Positions 52,181 to 60,392 of a DNA stretch of 64,000 bases are shown here, piece by piece. The translations under genes and the position numbers were made by a program. The notes below the pieces were generated by a model. The model worked only from the letters and a program-made list of their open reading frames with translations, made no database searches and was not told the DNA's origin. The stretch is from NCBI GenBank assembly GCA_002347655.1, contig DDWR01000009.1:861-64860 (forward strand). Direction: 5' to 3'. Source of the DNA: Verrucomicrobia bacterium UBA2281 (GTDB lineage Bacteria; Verrucomicrobiota; Kiritimatiellia; CAIQIC01; Lenti-01). Position 1 is the stretch's first letter. Each line of letters starts with the position of its first letter.

Positions 52181-52645
52181 CTACGGCGCGGTGGTGACGC
52201 CCCCTTCGCCTTCCGGTGGGTAGCCCAGTTGGGTTACGGAGGCGATCCCTTCGCGACCGGCCTGATCCCGGACGATGACGACGTTCACGCCTTCTCCGCC
52301 GACGCTGCGATACACGGCGGAGTAGCCGCCGCTGGCCAAAATTTGGCCCAAGCCGGGATTGCTGACGCTCCATTCCAACGGCAAGAACAGCCGGTCGGCG
52401 AGATTGGTGGAGGACGCCATGCAGTCTCCGCAGCAAGCGCCCCGGCAGGCCGTCAGGAATAGAGAACCATAGCCATAACCATAGATGGGGTCCTTGGTCT
52501 CCGCGCAATCCTGGCAGTCGTCAGCCGTGCGCCGGATGGAGAGCCCGGTGTCCGTTTCGGCATCCTCGCCGCAACCCGGCCCGAATGCCGCAAGGGCCAC
52601 GGCCAACAGCCCCGCCGCCACCGTCTTCGTTCCGTTTGTTTTCAT
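52181..52645 (-). CDS. Cys-rich lipoprotein with C-terminal Big_2-like Ig domain (last gene of the pilus minor-subunit operon)
   Basis: MKTNGTKTVAAGLLAVALAAFGPGC lipobox. 8 Cys (CQDC..., CRGACCGDC). LEWSVSNPGLGQILASGGYSAVYRSVGGEGVNVVI resembles Big_2. Confidence 0.6.
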   Translation of the reverse strand: MKTNGTKTVAAGLLAVALAAFGPGCGEDAETDTGLSIRRTADDCQDCAETKDPIYGYGYGSLFLTACRGACCGDCMASSTNLADRLFLPLEWSVSNPGLGQILASGGYSAVYRSVGGEGVNVVIVRDQAGREGIASVTQLGYPPEGEGGVTTAP

Positions 52646-52655
52646 GTTGCGCTCC

Positions 52656-54032
52656 CTAGTATTGGATTTGCGAGCCGCCGTACGGCGTGCCGGACCCTTG
52701 AATCTTGACGGCGAAATCGTCGAAAAACTTCTTGTTGGCGCCGCCCGAATCGTAGAACACGTGGATGCCGATTTCGGGGGGGCCGGCATAAACCTCCTCC
52801 ACGACGCCCTCGGCGTTCGTGACCGACGCAAAGCTGCAGTAATTGGTTTCGGAGGAAAAGGCCGAATGGACGACATCCGACGCCCCGTTGTCCCACGCCA
52901 GCGGCGTTTGGAACGGCGCATTGGTCGGCCATAGCGCATTGGTGCCGCTGTTGTTCGGCCACGAAGGATACACGACCGGGCTTTGCACGAAAGCGGCGAT
53001 GCGGTTCTGGAGATTGGTGCCGACGCGTTCCTCCTTGAGCTGCAGCAACAGCGTGGAATAGTTGGTGATGCCAAAGGCGGCATTCGCCGTGCCCTCGTTG
53101 AAAAGCTTCAAAATGGCGTCGTTCGTCGTCAGCAGGCGGGAAGCGATCAACTGGAACGTGTCGTTGGAGGAAGCACGCTGCCAGAGCACGACGTAGGAAT
53201 TCGTGCCGCGCAATGCCGACCAATCGGCTGAAAGCTGGTCGATCCAAGGAAGCGCCGGCGTCGGATTGGCCGTGGCGGCGCGGAAGAAGGACAAGCCATA
53301 GCCCGCCCCGTTCTCCCGCAGGCGAAACGAAATGCCCAGCATGTGGTATTTGCCAAAGCCCACGCCGGGATTCTCGTACGGCTGGATTTTCATCTGCACG
53401 TCGTAGCCCAGCGAATTGGCCTGCTTTTCCCACGCACGGCACAAGGCTCTGGATTCCTTGTCGAGCGTGTTGGTGTTTTCGTGCCAGGTGAGATAGAGAT
53501 AGCCGGCCGTGCCTTGGATGTCCAAGGCGCCCTCTCCTCCGGACGGACCCGTATTCATTGGCGTCGGGGTAAGACTGCCCCCGCCGATGCCCCAGGCATC
53601 CGAGTTGAACGAACCGTCTTCGTTGTAGAAATCGATGTCCCGGGGCTGATCGGGCGTGACGCCGCGATCCGCGAACTCGAAATGAACCTGCTGGCGGGAT
53701 TCCAGCGCGGTGCCGGGATTGGCGATCCCGATGGACCGCACAACCACCCACCCCTGCGCATTGGTCGCGACGGAGATGATGAATTGATCGCCGCTGGCGT
53801 TGGTATAGGTGCCGGAAAGCGTCGTCCGGATTTCGGGATCGCACGAGCGGACGAATTCCGCCCCCGACTCGGCCATGAAATAGGCCCGGCTCGAAGAGTT
53901 GAGGCCGACCCGCTCGTACCGCGAGCTGGTTGAGACCGACAAGATCGCCAGACCGGCCGCCGCCGCCGCCACCATCGAAATGGCCACGATGACCAGCACC
54001 GCCCCGGTCCTACCCTTGGTGTCCGTTTTCAT
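52656..54032 (-). CDS. Large PilX-like pilus-associated protein (458 aa)
   Basis: N-terminus GAVLVIVAISMVAAAAAGLAILSVSTSS...AYFMAESGAE is PilX_N-like. The large C-terminal domain is unassigned. ATGA overlap with the upstream pseudopilin. Confidence 0.7.
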   Translation of the reverse strand: MKTDTKGRTGAVLVIVAISMVAAAAAGLAILSVSTSSRYERVGLNSSSRAYFMAESGAEFVRSCDPEIRTTLSGTYTNASGDQFIISVATNAQGWVVVRSIGIANPGTALESRQQVHFEFADRGVTPDQPRDIDFYNEDGSFNSDAWGIGGGSLTPTPMNTGPSGGEGALDIQGTAGYLYLTWHENTNTLDKESRALCRAWEKQANSLGYDVQMKIQPYENPGVGFGKYHMLGISFRLRENGAGYGLSFFRAATANPTPALPWIDQLSADWSALRGTNSYVVLWQRASSNDTFQLIASRLLTTNDAILKLFNEGTANAAFGITNYSTLLLQLKEERVGTNLQNRIAAFVQSPVVYPSWPNNSGTNALWPTNAPFQTPLAWDNGASDVVHSAFSSETNYCSFASVTNAEGVVEEVYAGPPEIGIHVFYDSGGANKKFFDDFAVKIQGSGTPYGGSQIQY

Positions 54033-54535
54033 TCTGACCTCTCGCTGAACAGGACGTTGCGTGGCACCAAGCGAGCGGCGAGGAGATCGCCGGTTACGCG
54101 GCTTTGCAGCATCACTTCGATGATGCGGGAGTTGGCAGACCAGGTCGTGGCGAAAACCGCATCGTCGGGCCGGTCGTAGTAGCGGAGCCGGAAATCCGCG
54201 ACGTCGTCCGTCAACGCAACCCCGTCGAGCGTCAGCGGATCGCCGGGAGTTCCGCTCCAAGACAGGGTTCGCGCGTGGAGCGTTTTGGCCGAATCATAAA
54301 ATACGTATTGAAGCGAATGCATGCTGCCCACGGGAACGGCGTTGGTCGTTATGGTGGTCAACTCCCGGCTCAGGCGGGCGAAAGCCAAGCGGCACTTTCG
54401 CATGGCCGTCGCGTTCTGGCGCACCTGCAGCAGGCCTTCCGCCACCGGCACCAGAGACACCGTAGCCGCCGTCGCCAGCACTCCGACCAGCAGAAGGACG
54501 GCGACCAGTTCGATCAAGGAAAAGCCCTTTGTCAT
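54029..54535 (-). CDS. Minor pilin/pseudopilin (prepilin-type N-terminal methylation domain)
   Basis: MTKG/FSLIELVAVLLLVGVLA. Confidence 0.8.
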   Translation of the reverse strand: MTKGFSLIELVAVLLLVGVLATAATVSLVPVAEGLLQVRQNATAMRKCRLAFARLSRELTTITTNAVPVGSMHSLQYVFYDSAKTLHARTLSWSGTPGDPLTLDGVALTDDVADFRLRYYDRPDDAVFATTWSANSRIIEVMLQSRVTGDLLAARLVPRNVLFSERSE

Positions 54536-54951
54536 GGCGTCTCCCCGAGCGGCTTCGCAAACAACCGGCTGGTGGATTCGCCCAGGCTGTTGGCCAACGT
54601 GACGCTCAGCAGGCTGCGATTTGTGGTCGCCGTCTCGGCTTGGCCGGCATAAGCGACGTAGTTCGTGCGCAACGCGACGATCCCGTCCGGCAAGTTGGTG
54701 CGGACATACTCCCGAAGCGCTTCAAGTTTGTCGGGATCGGCCGGGTTTGTATTGGATTCATGATGCCACACCACGAGATTTTCCATGGCGGATTGCAAGG
54801 CGAGGCCTTCGTCCATTTGCGTCCGCGGCTCGTAGCTCTTCATGAACACGTTGCCCAGAAACGGCAGGATGGCTGCCATGGCGATCGTCGAAAGCACGAT
54901 GGCGACGATGACTTCGATCAGGGTGAATCCGGTTGGGCGGCGGATCTTCAT
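54532..54951 (-). CDS. Minor pilin/pseudopilin
   Basis: MKIRRPTG/FTLIEVIVAIVLSTIA. ATGA overlaps at both ends. Confidence 0.8.
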   Translation of the reverse strand: MKIRRPTGFTLIEVIVAIVLSTIAMAAILPFLGNVFMKSYEPRTQMDEGLALQSAMENLVVWHHESNTNPADPDKLEALREYVRTNLPDGIVALRTNYVAYAGQAETATTNRSLLSVTLANSLGESTSRLFAKPLGETP

Positions 54952-55412
54952 CGGACGAGCCCCGTGAAATGGGTGATCACGATTTGTTCGCTCACCGTTC
55001 CATCCGAAAGCGTGATGGGATAATCGGCGGCAGGAGCGCCCCACCCATCGAGGACAACCGCAGGGGCGATCACGGCAACGCCCACGCCGCCCGGCAGGCG
55101 ATGGACGTGGGGCGGGACGTTCGTTTCGCCGGGCCAAGGAATGGGCGACGGGTTGCCGTCGCGCAGGAGAGCATACGAATTGCCGCTGAACGCCACGCTC
55201 CAGGCGGCGGTGTTGTTGGCCATGGCCAGGGATTGGGCAAATCCCAAGTGGGCGCGGAGGATGTCGGCGGAAGCAACCACGGCAGCACCCGTCGATTCCA
55301 TGCCCGCGGCCATGAATCCAGCAGCCAGCAATGCGATGACCACCAAAGCCAAGACGACCTCGATGATGGTGAACCCATTTGTTGCCGGACCTATGTTGGA
55401 GCGGACCTGCAT
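54948..55412 (-). CDS. Minor pilin/pseudopilin (GspH/FimT-like)
   Basis: MQVRSNIGPATNG/FTIIEVVLALVVIALLA. Confidence 0.75.
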   Translation of the reverse strand: MQVRSNIGPATNGFTIIEVVLALVVIALLAAGFMAAGMESTGAAVVASADILRAHLGFAQSLAMANNTAAWSVAFSGNSYALLRDGNPSPIPWPGETNVPPHVHRLPGGVGVAVIAPAVVLDGWGAPAADYPITLSDGTVSEQIVITHFTGLVR

Positions 55413-55460
55413 CGGGCCTTCTCCCTTCGCCTCAGTCAACCATCAGGCAAGATGGCCGCA

Positions 55461-55485
55461 GGAGGAGGTGGCATTTTCCTCCTCC
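55461..55485 (-). terminator. Hairpin GGAGGAGG-N9-CCTCCTCC after the major pilin gene (attenuator/terminator candidate)
   Basis: 8-bp GC-rich stem read directly. No clear U-tract. Confidence 0.35.
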
Positions 55486-55506
55486 CGCGGATCGCGGATG
55501 ACTCCG

Positions 55507-55890
55507 CTATGGCCGGGCCCAGAGGCGGGTGTCGGTCACCGTGGCATCGTTGTTGTCGGTGGCGGTCACGTCCACGCCTCCGGCCGCATTCGCGGCGAAC
55601 CCCATGGTGTAGTCGGTGCTCGCCATCGGCGTGGTCGTGCCGCATTCCGTCACCAGTTCGGCATCGGTCGGCTCGACCCCGTTTTGCAGCGCCAGCCGGC
55701 CATAGGCCATCGACACGTGCGAGAGGCCGGCGGCCAAGGCGCCGTCCAGCGCCCGCGTGCGCGCGTCATCCATCAGGCTGACGTAGCGCGGGATGGCGAC
55801 GGCGGCCAGCACCGCCAAGATCACCAGCACCGCGATGATTTCAATCAGCGTGAAGCCCGATTGACCCGACTTTTTGTCTACTGCTTTCAT
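55507..55890 (-). CDS. Major type IV pilin / pseudopilin
   Basis: MKAVDKKSGQSG/FTLIEIIAVLVILAVLAAVAIPRYVS. AGGAGA SD. Confidence 0.85.
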   Translation of the reverse strand: MKAVDKKSGQSGFTLIEIIAVLVILAVLAAVAIPRYVSLMDDARTRALDGALAAGLSHVSMAYGRLALQNGVEPTDAELVTECGTTTPMASTDYTMGFAANAAGGVDVTATDNNDATVTDTRLWARP

Positions 55891-55957
55891 GGCATTTCTC
55901 CTGTTTGGTTTACTTTCATCTTTATCAAAGTGTTATGAACATCCGTGCTTTTCCATA

Positions 55958-55973
55958 TGCAGGGACCGTGCCA
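55958..55973 (-). promoter_or_regulatory. Sigma-54 promoter TGGCACG-N4-CTGCA upstream of the major pilin gene
   Basis: Minus strand TTGGCACGGTCCCTGCAT: 15 of 16 consensus positions (TGGCACG-N4-TTGCW) with exact GG/GC spacing, about 69 nt before ATG 55890. Confidence 0.7.
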
Positions 55974-56063
55974 AAGCTCCAAACGGGCCCAAACGATCGG
56001 GTTTCGCCTCGCGACGCGGCTTTTCGGCCCTTTTCATCTCCCGAGGACTCCGTTTTTTGATGC

Positions 56064-57437
56064 TCATGGCTTCGCTTCTTGGGGCTCGGGTCCCGCCCCG
56101 TTGCCGTTCTTTTCGTTCCGCAACGAGGACACGTCGATCTGATGCTTGGCAATGCGATGCCAGAGGCTGCGCTCTTTGATGCCCAACAGCTCGGCGGCGC
56201 GGACCTGGATGCCTCCCGCCTTGGTCAACGCGTCCAGGATCAGGCCTTTTTCCAGCGCGGCGAGGCGGGCGTCGAGCCCGGGTCCGCCTGGTCCCGACAT
56301 TCTCAAATCCGACGGGCTCAAATCGAACGGCAAGCCGATGCCGGTATTCAGATGCTCCGGTTCGATGACGCCGGAGGACAGGGCGGACGCGGCTTCGATG
56401 GCGTTTTTCAGCTCGCGCACGTTGCCCGGCCATTGGTGGGCGGTCAAGGCGGCCAGCGTTTGCGGCGACAGCGTCGCGCCCGGCTTGATCTGCCGGAGCA
56501 GATGCTTGGCCAGCAGCGGAATGTCTTCGTTGCGCTCGCGCAGCGGCGGCAGCCGGAAGGAAAACACGTTGATCCGGAAAAACAGATCTTCGCGGAATCT
56601 CCCCTCCTGCACCATCTTGGCCAGATCCTTGTTGGTGGCGGCGATGATGCGGATGTCCACCGGGATAGGCTGGGTTCCACCCACGCGCTCGATTTCCCGC
56701 TCCTGCAGGGCGCGCAGGATCTTGGCCTGGGTCATCAGCGGCATGTCGGCGATTTCGTCGAGGAACACCGTGCCGCCGCTGGCGGCCTCCAGCTTGCCGA
56801 TCTTGCGCACGTAGGCGCCGGTGAACGCACCTTTTTCATGCCCGAACAGTTCGCTTTCCAGCAGCCCCTCGGGAATGCCCGCGCAGTTGATGGCGACGTA
56901 CGGCTGGGTCGCGCGGCGGCTGTGGGAATGGACGTTGCGGGCGATCAATTCCTTGCCGGTCCCGCTTTCGCCGAGGATCAGCACCGTCGAGTCGGTCGGC
57001 GAGATCTTCAACACCAGCCCCAAAATCGCCCGCATCGCCGCCGACGGCGCGACGATGTCCGGAAACAACGCCTGAGCCTCCAGGTTGCCGAGCGCTTCCG
57101 TCACCCGGCTCAAGGAACTGACGAGGGGGGCGACCGCGCTGAAGTCCGACAGGCGCCGGCCGTAGAGCGGCGGCGGAGCCTCGGGCACCATCGGCCGGGT
57201 CTTGCGCAGGAAATCCTCCACGGGCCGGAAAATCAACCGCAGGATCAGCAGGCCGAACAGGAAGGCCGTGGCGACGAGGATGGCGCCGGTGGCGACCAAC
57301 GGCCCCGTCCGCCCGTCGGCGACGAACGCGGCGGACCGCATCAGGTGGAACGTCAGCAGCGCCGCCAGCGCCGTGAGCCCCGCGAAGATCAGCGGCACGA
57401 GGACGTAAAGCTGGAGGCGCATGGAGTTCGTTTTCAT
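56064..57437 (-). CDS. Membrane-anchored sigma-54-dependent transcriptional activator (bEBP) without receiver domain
   Basis: Two N-terminal TM helices, then the AAA+ core GESGTGKE, GAFTGA, VFLDEI, and C-terminal HTH AAELLGIKERSLWHRI. ATGA overlap with the pilC-like gene. Confidence 0.9.
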   Translation of the reverse strand: MKTNSMRLQLYVLVPLIFAGLTALAALLTFHLMRSAAFVADGRTGPLVATGAILVATAFLFGLLILRLIFRPVEDFLRKTRPMVPEAPPPLYGRRLSDFSAVAPLVSSLSRVTEALGNLEAQALFPDIVAPSAAMRAILGLVLKISPTDSTVLILGESGTGKELIARNVHSHSRRATQPYVAINCAGIPEGLLESELFGHEKGAFTGAYVRKIGKLEAASGGTVFLDEIADMPLMTQAKILRALQEREIERVGGTQPIPVDIRIIAATNKDLAKMVQEGRFREDLFFRINVFSFRLPPLRERNEDIPLLAKHLLRQIKPGATLSPQTLAALTAHQWPGNVRELKNAIEAASALSSGVIEPEHLNTGIGLPFDLSPSDLRMSGPGGPGLDARLAALEKGLILDALTKAGGIQVRAAELLGIKERSLWHRIAKHQIDVSSLRNEKNGNGAGPEPQEAKP

Positions 57438-58660
57438 TTGCCCGTCGAGGCGAGTTTCGCCAGGTCCCACATCGGCATGTACACGGCCAGCGCGAAGAAA
57501 CCGACCAGCGCGGACATCAGGGCGATCAGCACGGGCCCCATCGCCGTGGTCAAACGCCGGGTGGCGTATTCCACTTCGGAATCGTAGTGGATGGAGATCT
57601 CCTTGAGCATTTCGTCGAGGTTGCCCGCCTCCTCGCCCACCGCCACCATGTTGATCACCATGGGCGTGAAATACTTGGCCGACATCAGCGGCCGGGCGAT
57701 GCCGTGGCCCTGTTCCAGCCGCGACTGCACGCCTTCCAGCTCCCGGCCGATGGCCTCGTTCCCGATGGTGCCGGACAGGATCTTGATCGCGTCGAGAATG
57801 CCGACGCCGGACGCCTGCAGGATCGAAAAGATGCTCGCGAACCGCGACAGGGCGGCCTTGACGAGCAAGGGCCCGACGAGGGGCATGCCCAGTTTCAGGC
57901 GGTCCCACCAGAACCGTCCCGGGCGGGTGCGGAGCGCGAGGAAGAGGGCGACCGCGATCCCGACCAGACCGGCGAGGATCCATGGCCAATATCCGTTCAG
58001 GAACCGGCTGAGCGCCAGGCACGTCCGGGTCGGGAACGGCAGTTGGATCTTCGCCTTGGCGTAGACGCCGGAAAACTTGGGAATGACGAACATGATCAGC
58101 GAGACGAACGCCGCGATCAAGGCGCCGAGGACGATGAGGGGATACTGGAGCACGGAGCGGACTTCCGACCGGACCTTGTACTCGTGGGTGATGATGTAGA
58201 TGAGCCGCTGGAGGATCTGCGGCAGCGCGCCGCTGGTTTCTCCCGCCAGGACCATGCTGGAATACAGCGTCGAAAACACGCGGGGATGCTTGGCCAGGGC
58301 GCGATGCAGATTGGAACCGGAACGGATGTCGCCGGCAATCTGCTTGCAAATGGCCTTCAGTTGCGGATTTTCGGCCTGGCTCTCCAGGATGTCCATGACC
58401 CGCAGCACGGGGATGCCGGCCCGCATCATGGTGCTGAGCTGCTTGGTGAACAGGATCAAATCCTCGGGCGTGACTTTTTTCCGGAACATCCGCGCCAACC
58501 GGTTTTCCCCCGCGGCGGCGCCCGATTCGTCGCGCAGCTCCAGCGGCGCCAGGCCGCGGCCGGCGAGCACTTCGTTCGCGTGGTCCAGGGACTGGGCCTC
58601 GATCACGCCGGCGACCGTCTTGCCCAGCTCGTTCACCGCTTCGTACCGATAGCTGCCCAT
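57434..58660 (-). CDS. pilC: Type IV pilus / T2SS platform protein (GspF/PilC family)
   Basis: Duplicated T2SSF domains (FTKQLSTMMRAGIPV, SRFASIFSILQASGVGI). Confidence 0.9.
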   Translation of the reverse strand: MGSYRYEAVNELGKTVAGVIEAQSLDHANEVLAGRGLAPLELRDESGAAAGENRLARMFRKKVTPEDLILFTKQLSTMMRAGIPVLRVMDILESQAENPQLKAICKQIAGDIRSGSNLHRALAKHPRVFSTLYSSMVLAGETSGALPQILQRLIYIITHEYKVRSEVRSVLQYPLIVLGALIAAFVSLIMFVIPKFSGVYAKAKIQLPFPTRTCLALSRFLNGYWPWILAGLVGIAVALFLALRTRPGRFWWDRLKLGMPLVGPLLVKAALSRFASIFSILQASGVGILDAIKILSGTIGNEAIGRELEGVQSRLEQGHGIARPLMSAKYFTPMVINMVAVGEEAGNLDEMLKEISIHYDSEVEYATRRLTTAMGPVLIALMSALVGFFALAVYMPMWDLAKLASTGK

Positions 58661-58676
58661 GGCGGCTTCTTCCGTT

Positions 58677-60377
58677 CTAGGCGCTCACGACGCCCATGGC
58701 CTCTTCCATCGTGGTGATGCCCGCGCGCAGCTTGGCGAGGGCGTCTTCCTTCAACATGCGCAGGAGGTCCGCCTCCCGCGCCGCGCGCGCGATTTCCAGC
58801 GCGGTGGCCCGGCGGTCCACCATTTCCCGGATCCGGTCGTCCATCGTCAGCACTTCGAACAGGCCGATGCGCCCCTGGTAGCCGGTGTGCTGGCAGCGGG
58901 CGCACCCCTTGGCCTTCATGACGAGGAACTCCTCGCCGTCCGGAACGCCCCAGAACCGGCGGGATTCCGGCGTCGGTGCGACGCGTTCGGCGCAATGCGG
59001 ACACACCTTGCGGACGAGGCGCTGGGCGAACGCCACCACCAGCACCGAGGACACCAGGAACGGCTCGACGCCCATGTCGATCAGCCGGGTGATGGCCCCG
59101 GCCGCGTCGTTGGTGTGGACCGTGCTCAGCACCAGATGCCCCGTCAGCGCGGCCTGGACCGCGATCCGGGCCGTCTCCGCGTCGCGAATCTCCCCGACCA
59201 TGATGATGTCCGGATCCTGCCGCAAAATCGAACGCAGTCCCGAGGCGAACGTCATGCCGGCCTTGACGTTCAGCTGCACCTGGCGGATCCGGGGCATCCG
59301 GTATTCCACCGGATCCTCGACGGTGATGATGTTGACGTCCGGCTGGTTGAGTTCCTTGAGCATGGCGTAGAGGGTGGTCGACTTGCCGCTGCCCGTCGGC
59401 CCCGTGCTGAGGATGATGCCGTAGGGCGCGTCGATGGCCCGCATGAGCAAGGCCCGGTCCCGGTCGGACATGCCGAGATCGCCCAGCGAGTAGTTGAAGG
59501 CGCTCATGTCCAGCAGCCGCAGCACCACGTTTTCGCCGTTCGTGGTCGGAATGGTCGAAACGCGGACGTTGATTTCCCGGTTGTCCAGATGGACGGTGAA
59601 CCGGCCGTCCTGGGGCACGCGCGACACGGCGATGTCCAGCTGCGCGAGGATTTTGATGCGGGACACGATGGAGAGGTGGAGCTTCTTGGGCGGTGGCGGC
59701 ATCTCGCGCAGCTTGCCGTCGATGCGGAAACGCAACTGCACGTGGGCCGCTTCGGGGCTGACGTGGATGTCGCTGGCTCCCTCGCGGACCGCCTGGGACA
59801 GGATCCAGTTCACCATGCGGATGACCGGCGCGCCCTCGGCCATGTCCTTCAAGGACCCCACTTCGAGGTCTTCGGCCATGTTGGGCGCGCCCGCGCCGCC
59901 CTTGTCGCCGCCGGCGTCCTCTTCCATGCCGCCCAACCCCGCGAAACTCCCGTACAGGCCGTTGGTCAGCTGGTTGATTTCGCGCCCCGTGCAGATGACG
60001 GGCCGCACTTCGCAATGGGTCAGCTGTTCGACGGCGTCGAGGGCGTCGATGTCGCTCGGGTCGCCCATGCCCAGCACCAGCGTGCCGTCCCGGCGCTCCA
60101 GCGGCACCACCTGCAGCCGCTGGGCCAGTTCCACCGGGATCAGGGCGGCCAGGGTCCCGTTGAGCGGATAGGTTTCCGGGTCGTAACGGGGCACGCCGAT
60201 CTGGCGGCCCAGCAGCTCCACCAACTGGTCCTCGCGGACGAGCCCCTTGCTGCACAGATATTCCCCCAGCCGCATGCCGGCCGCCACGCAGGCTTCGATG
60301 CTTTGCTTGGCCTGCTCGGGCGTCAGCAGACCCGCCGCCACCAGCATCTGGCCGATCTTCTGCTTCTGCTTGGCCAT
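58677..60377 (-). CDS. pilB: Type IV pilus / T2SS assembly ATPase (GspE/PilB family) with MshEN-type N-terminal domain
   Basis: Walker A GPTGSGKSTT, Asp box, Walker B IIMVGEIRD, tetracysteine CPHC...CARC. N-terminal RLGEYLCSKGLVREDQLVELLGRQ. Confidence 0.92.
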   Translation of the reverse strand: MAKQKQKIGQMLVAAGLLTPEQAKQSIEACVAAGMRLGEYLCSKGLVREDQLVELLGRQIGVPRYDPETYPLNGTLAALIPVELAQRLQVVPLERRDGTLVLGMGDPSDIDALDAVEQLTHCEVRPVICTGREINQLTNGLYGSFAGLGGMEEDAGGDKGGAGAPNMAEDLEVGSLKDMAEGAPVIRMVNWILSQAVREGASDIHVSPEAAHVQLRFRIDGKLREMPPPPKKLHLSIVSRIKILAQLDIAVSRVPQDGRFTVHLDNREINVRVSTIPTTNGENVVLRLLDMSAFNYSLGDLGMSDRDRALLMRAIDAPYGIILSTGPTGSGKSTTLYAMLKELNQPDVNIITVEDPVEYRMPRIRQVQLNVKAGMTFASGLRSILRQDPDIIMVGEIRDAETARIAVQAALTGHLVLSTVHTNDAAGAITRLIDMGVEPFLVSSVLVVAFAQRLVRKVCPHCAERVAPTPESRRFWGVPDGEEFLVMKAKGCARCQHTGYQGRIGLFEVLTMDDRIREMVDRRATALEIARAAREADLLRMLKEDALAKLRAGITTMEEAMGVVSA

Positions 60378-60392
60378 GACCCGTTCTCCCGG

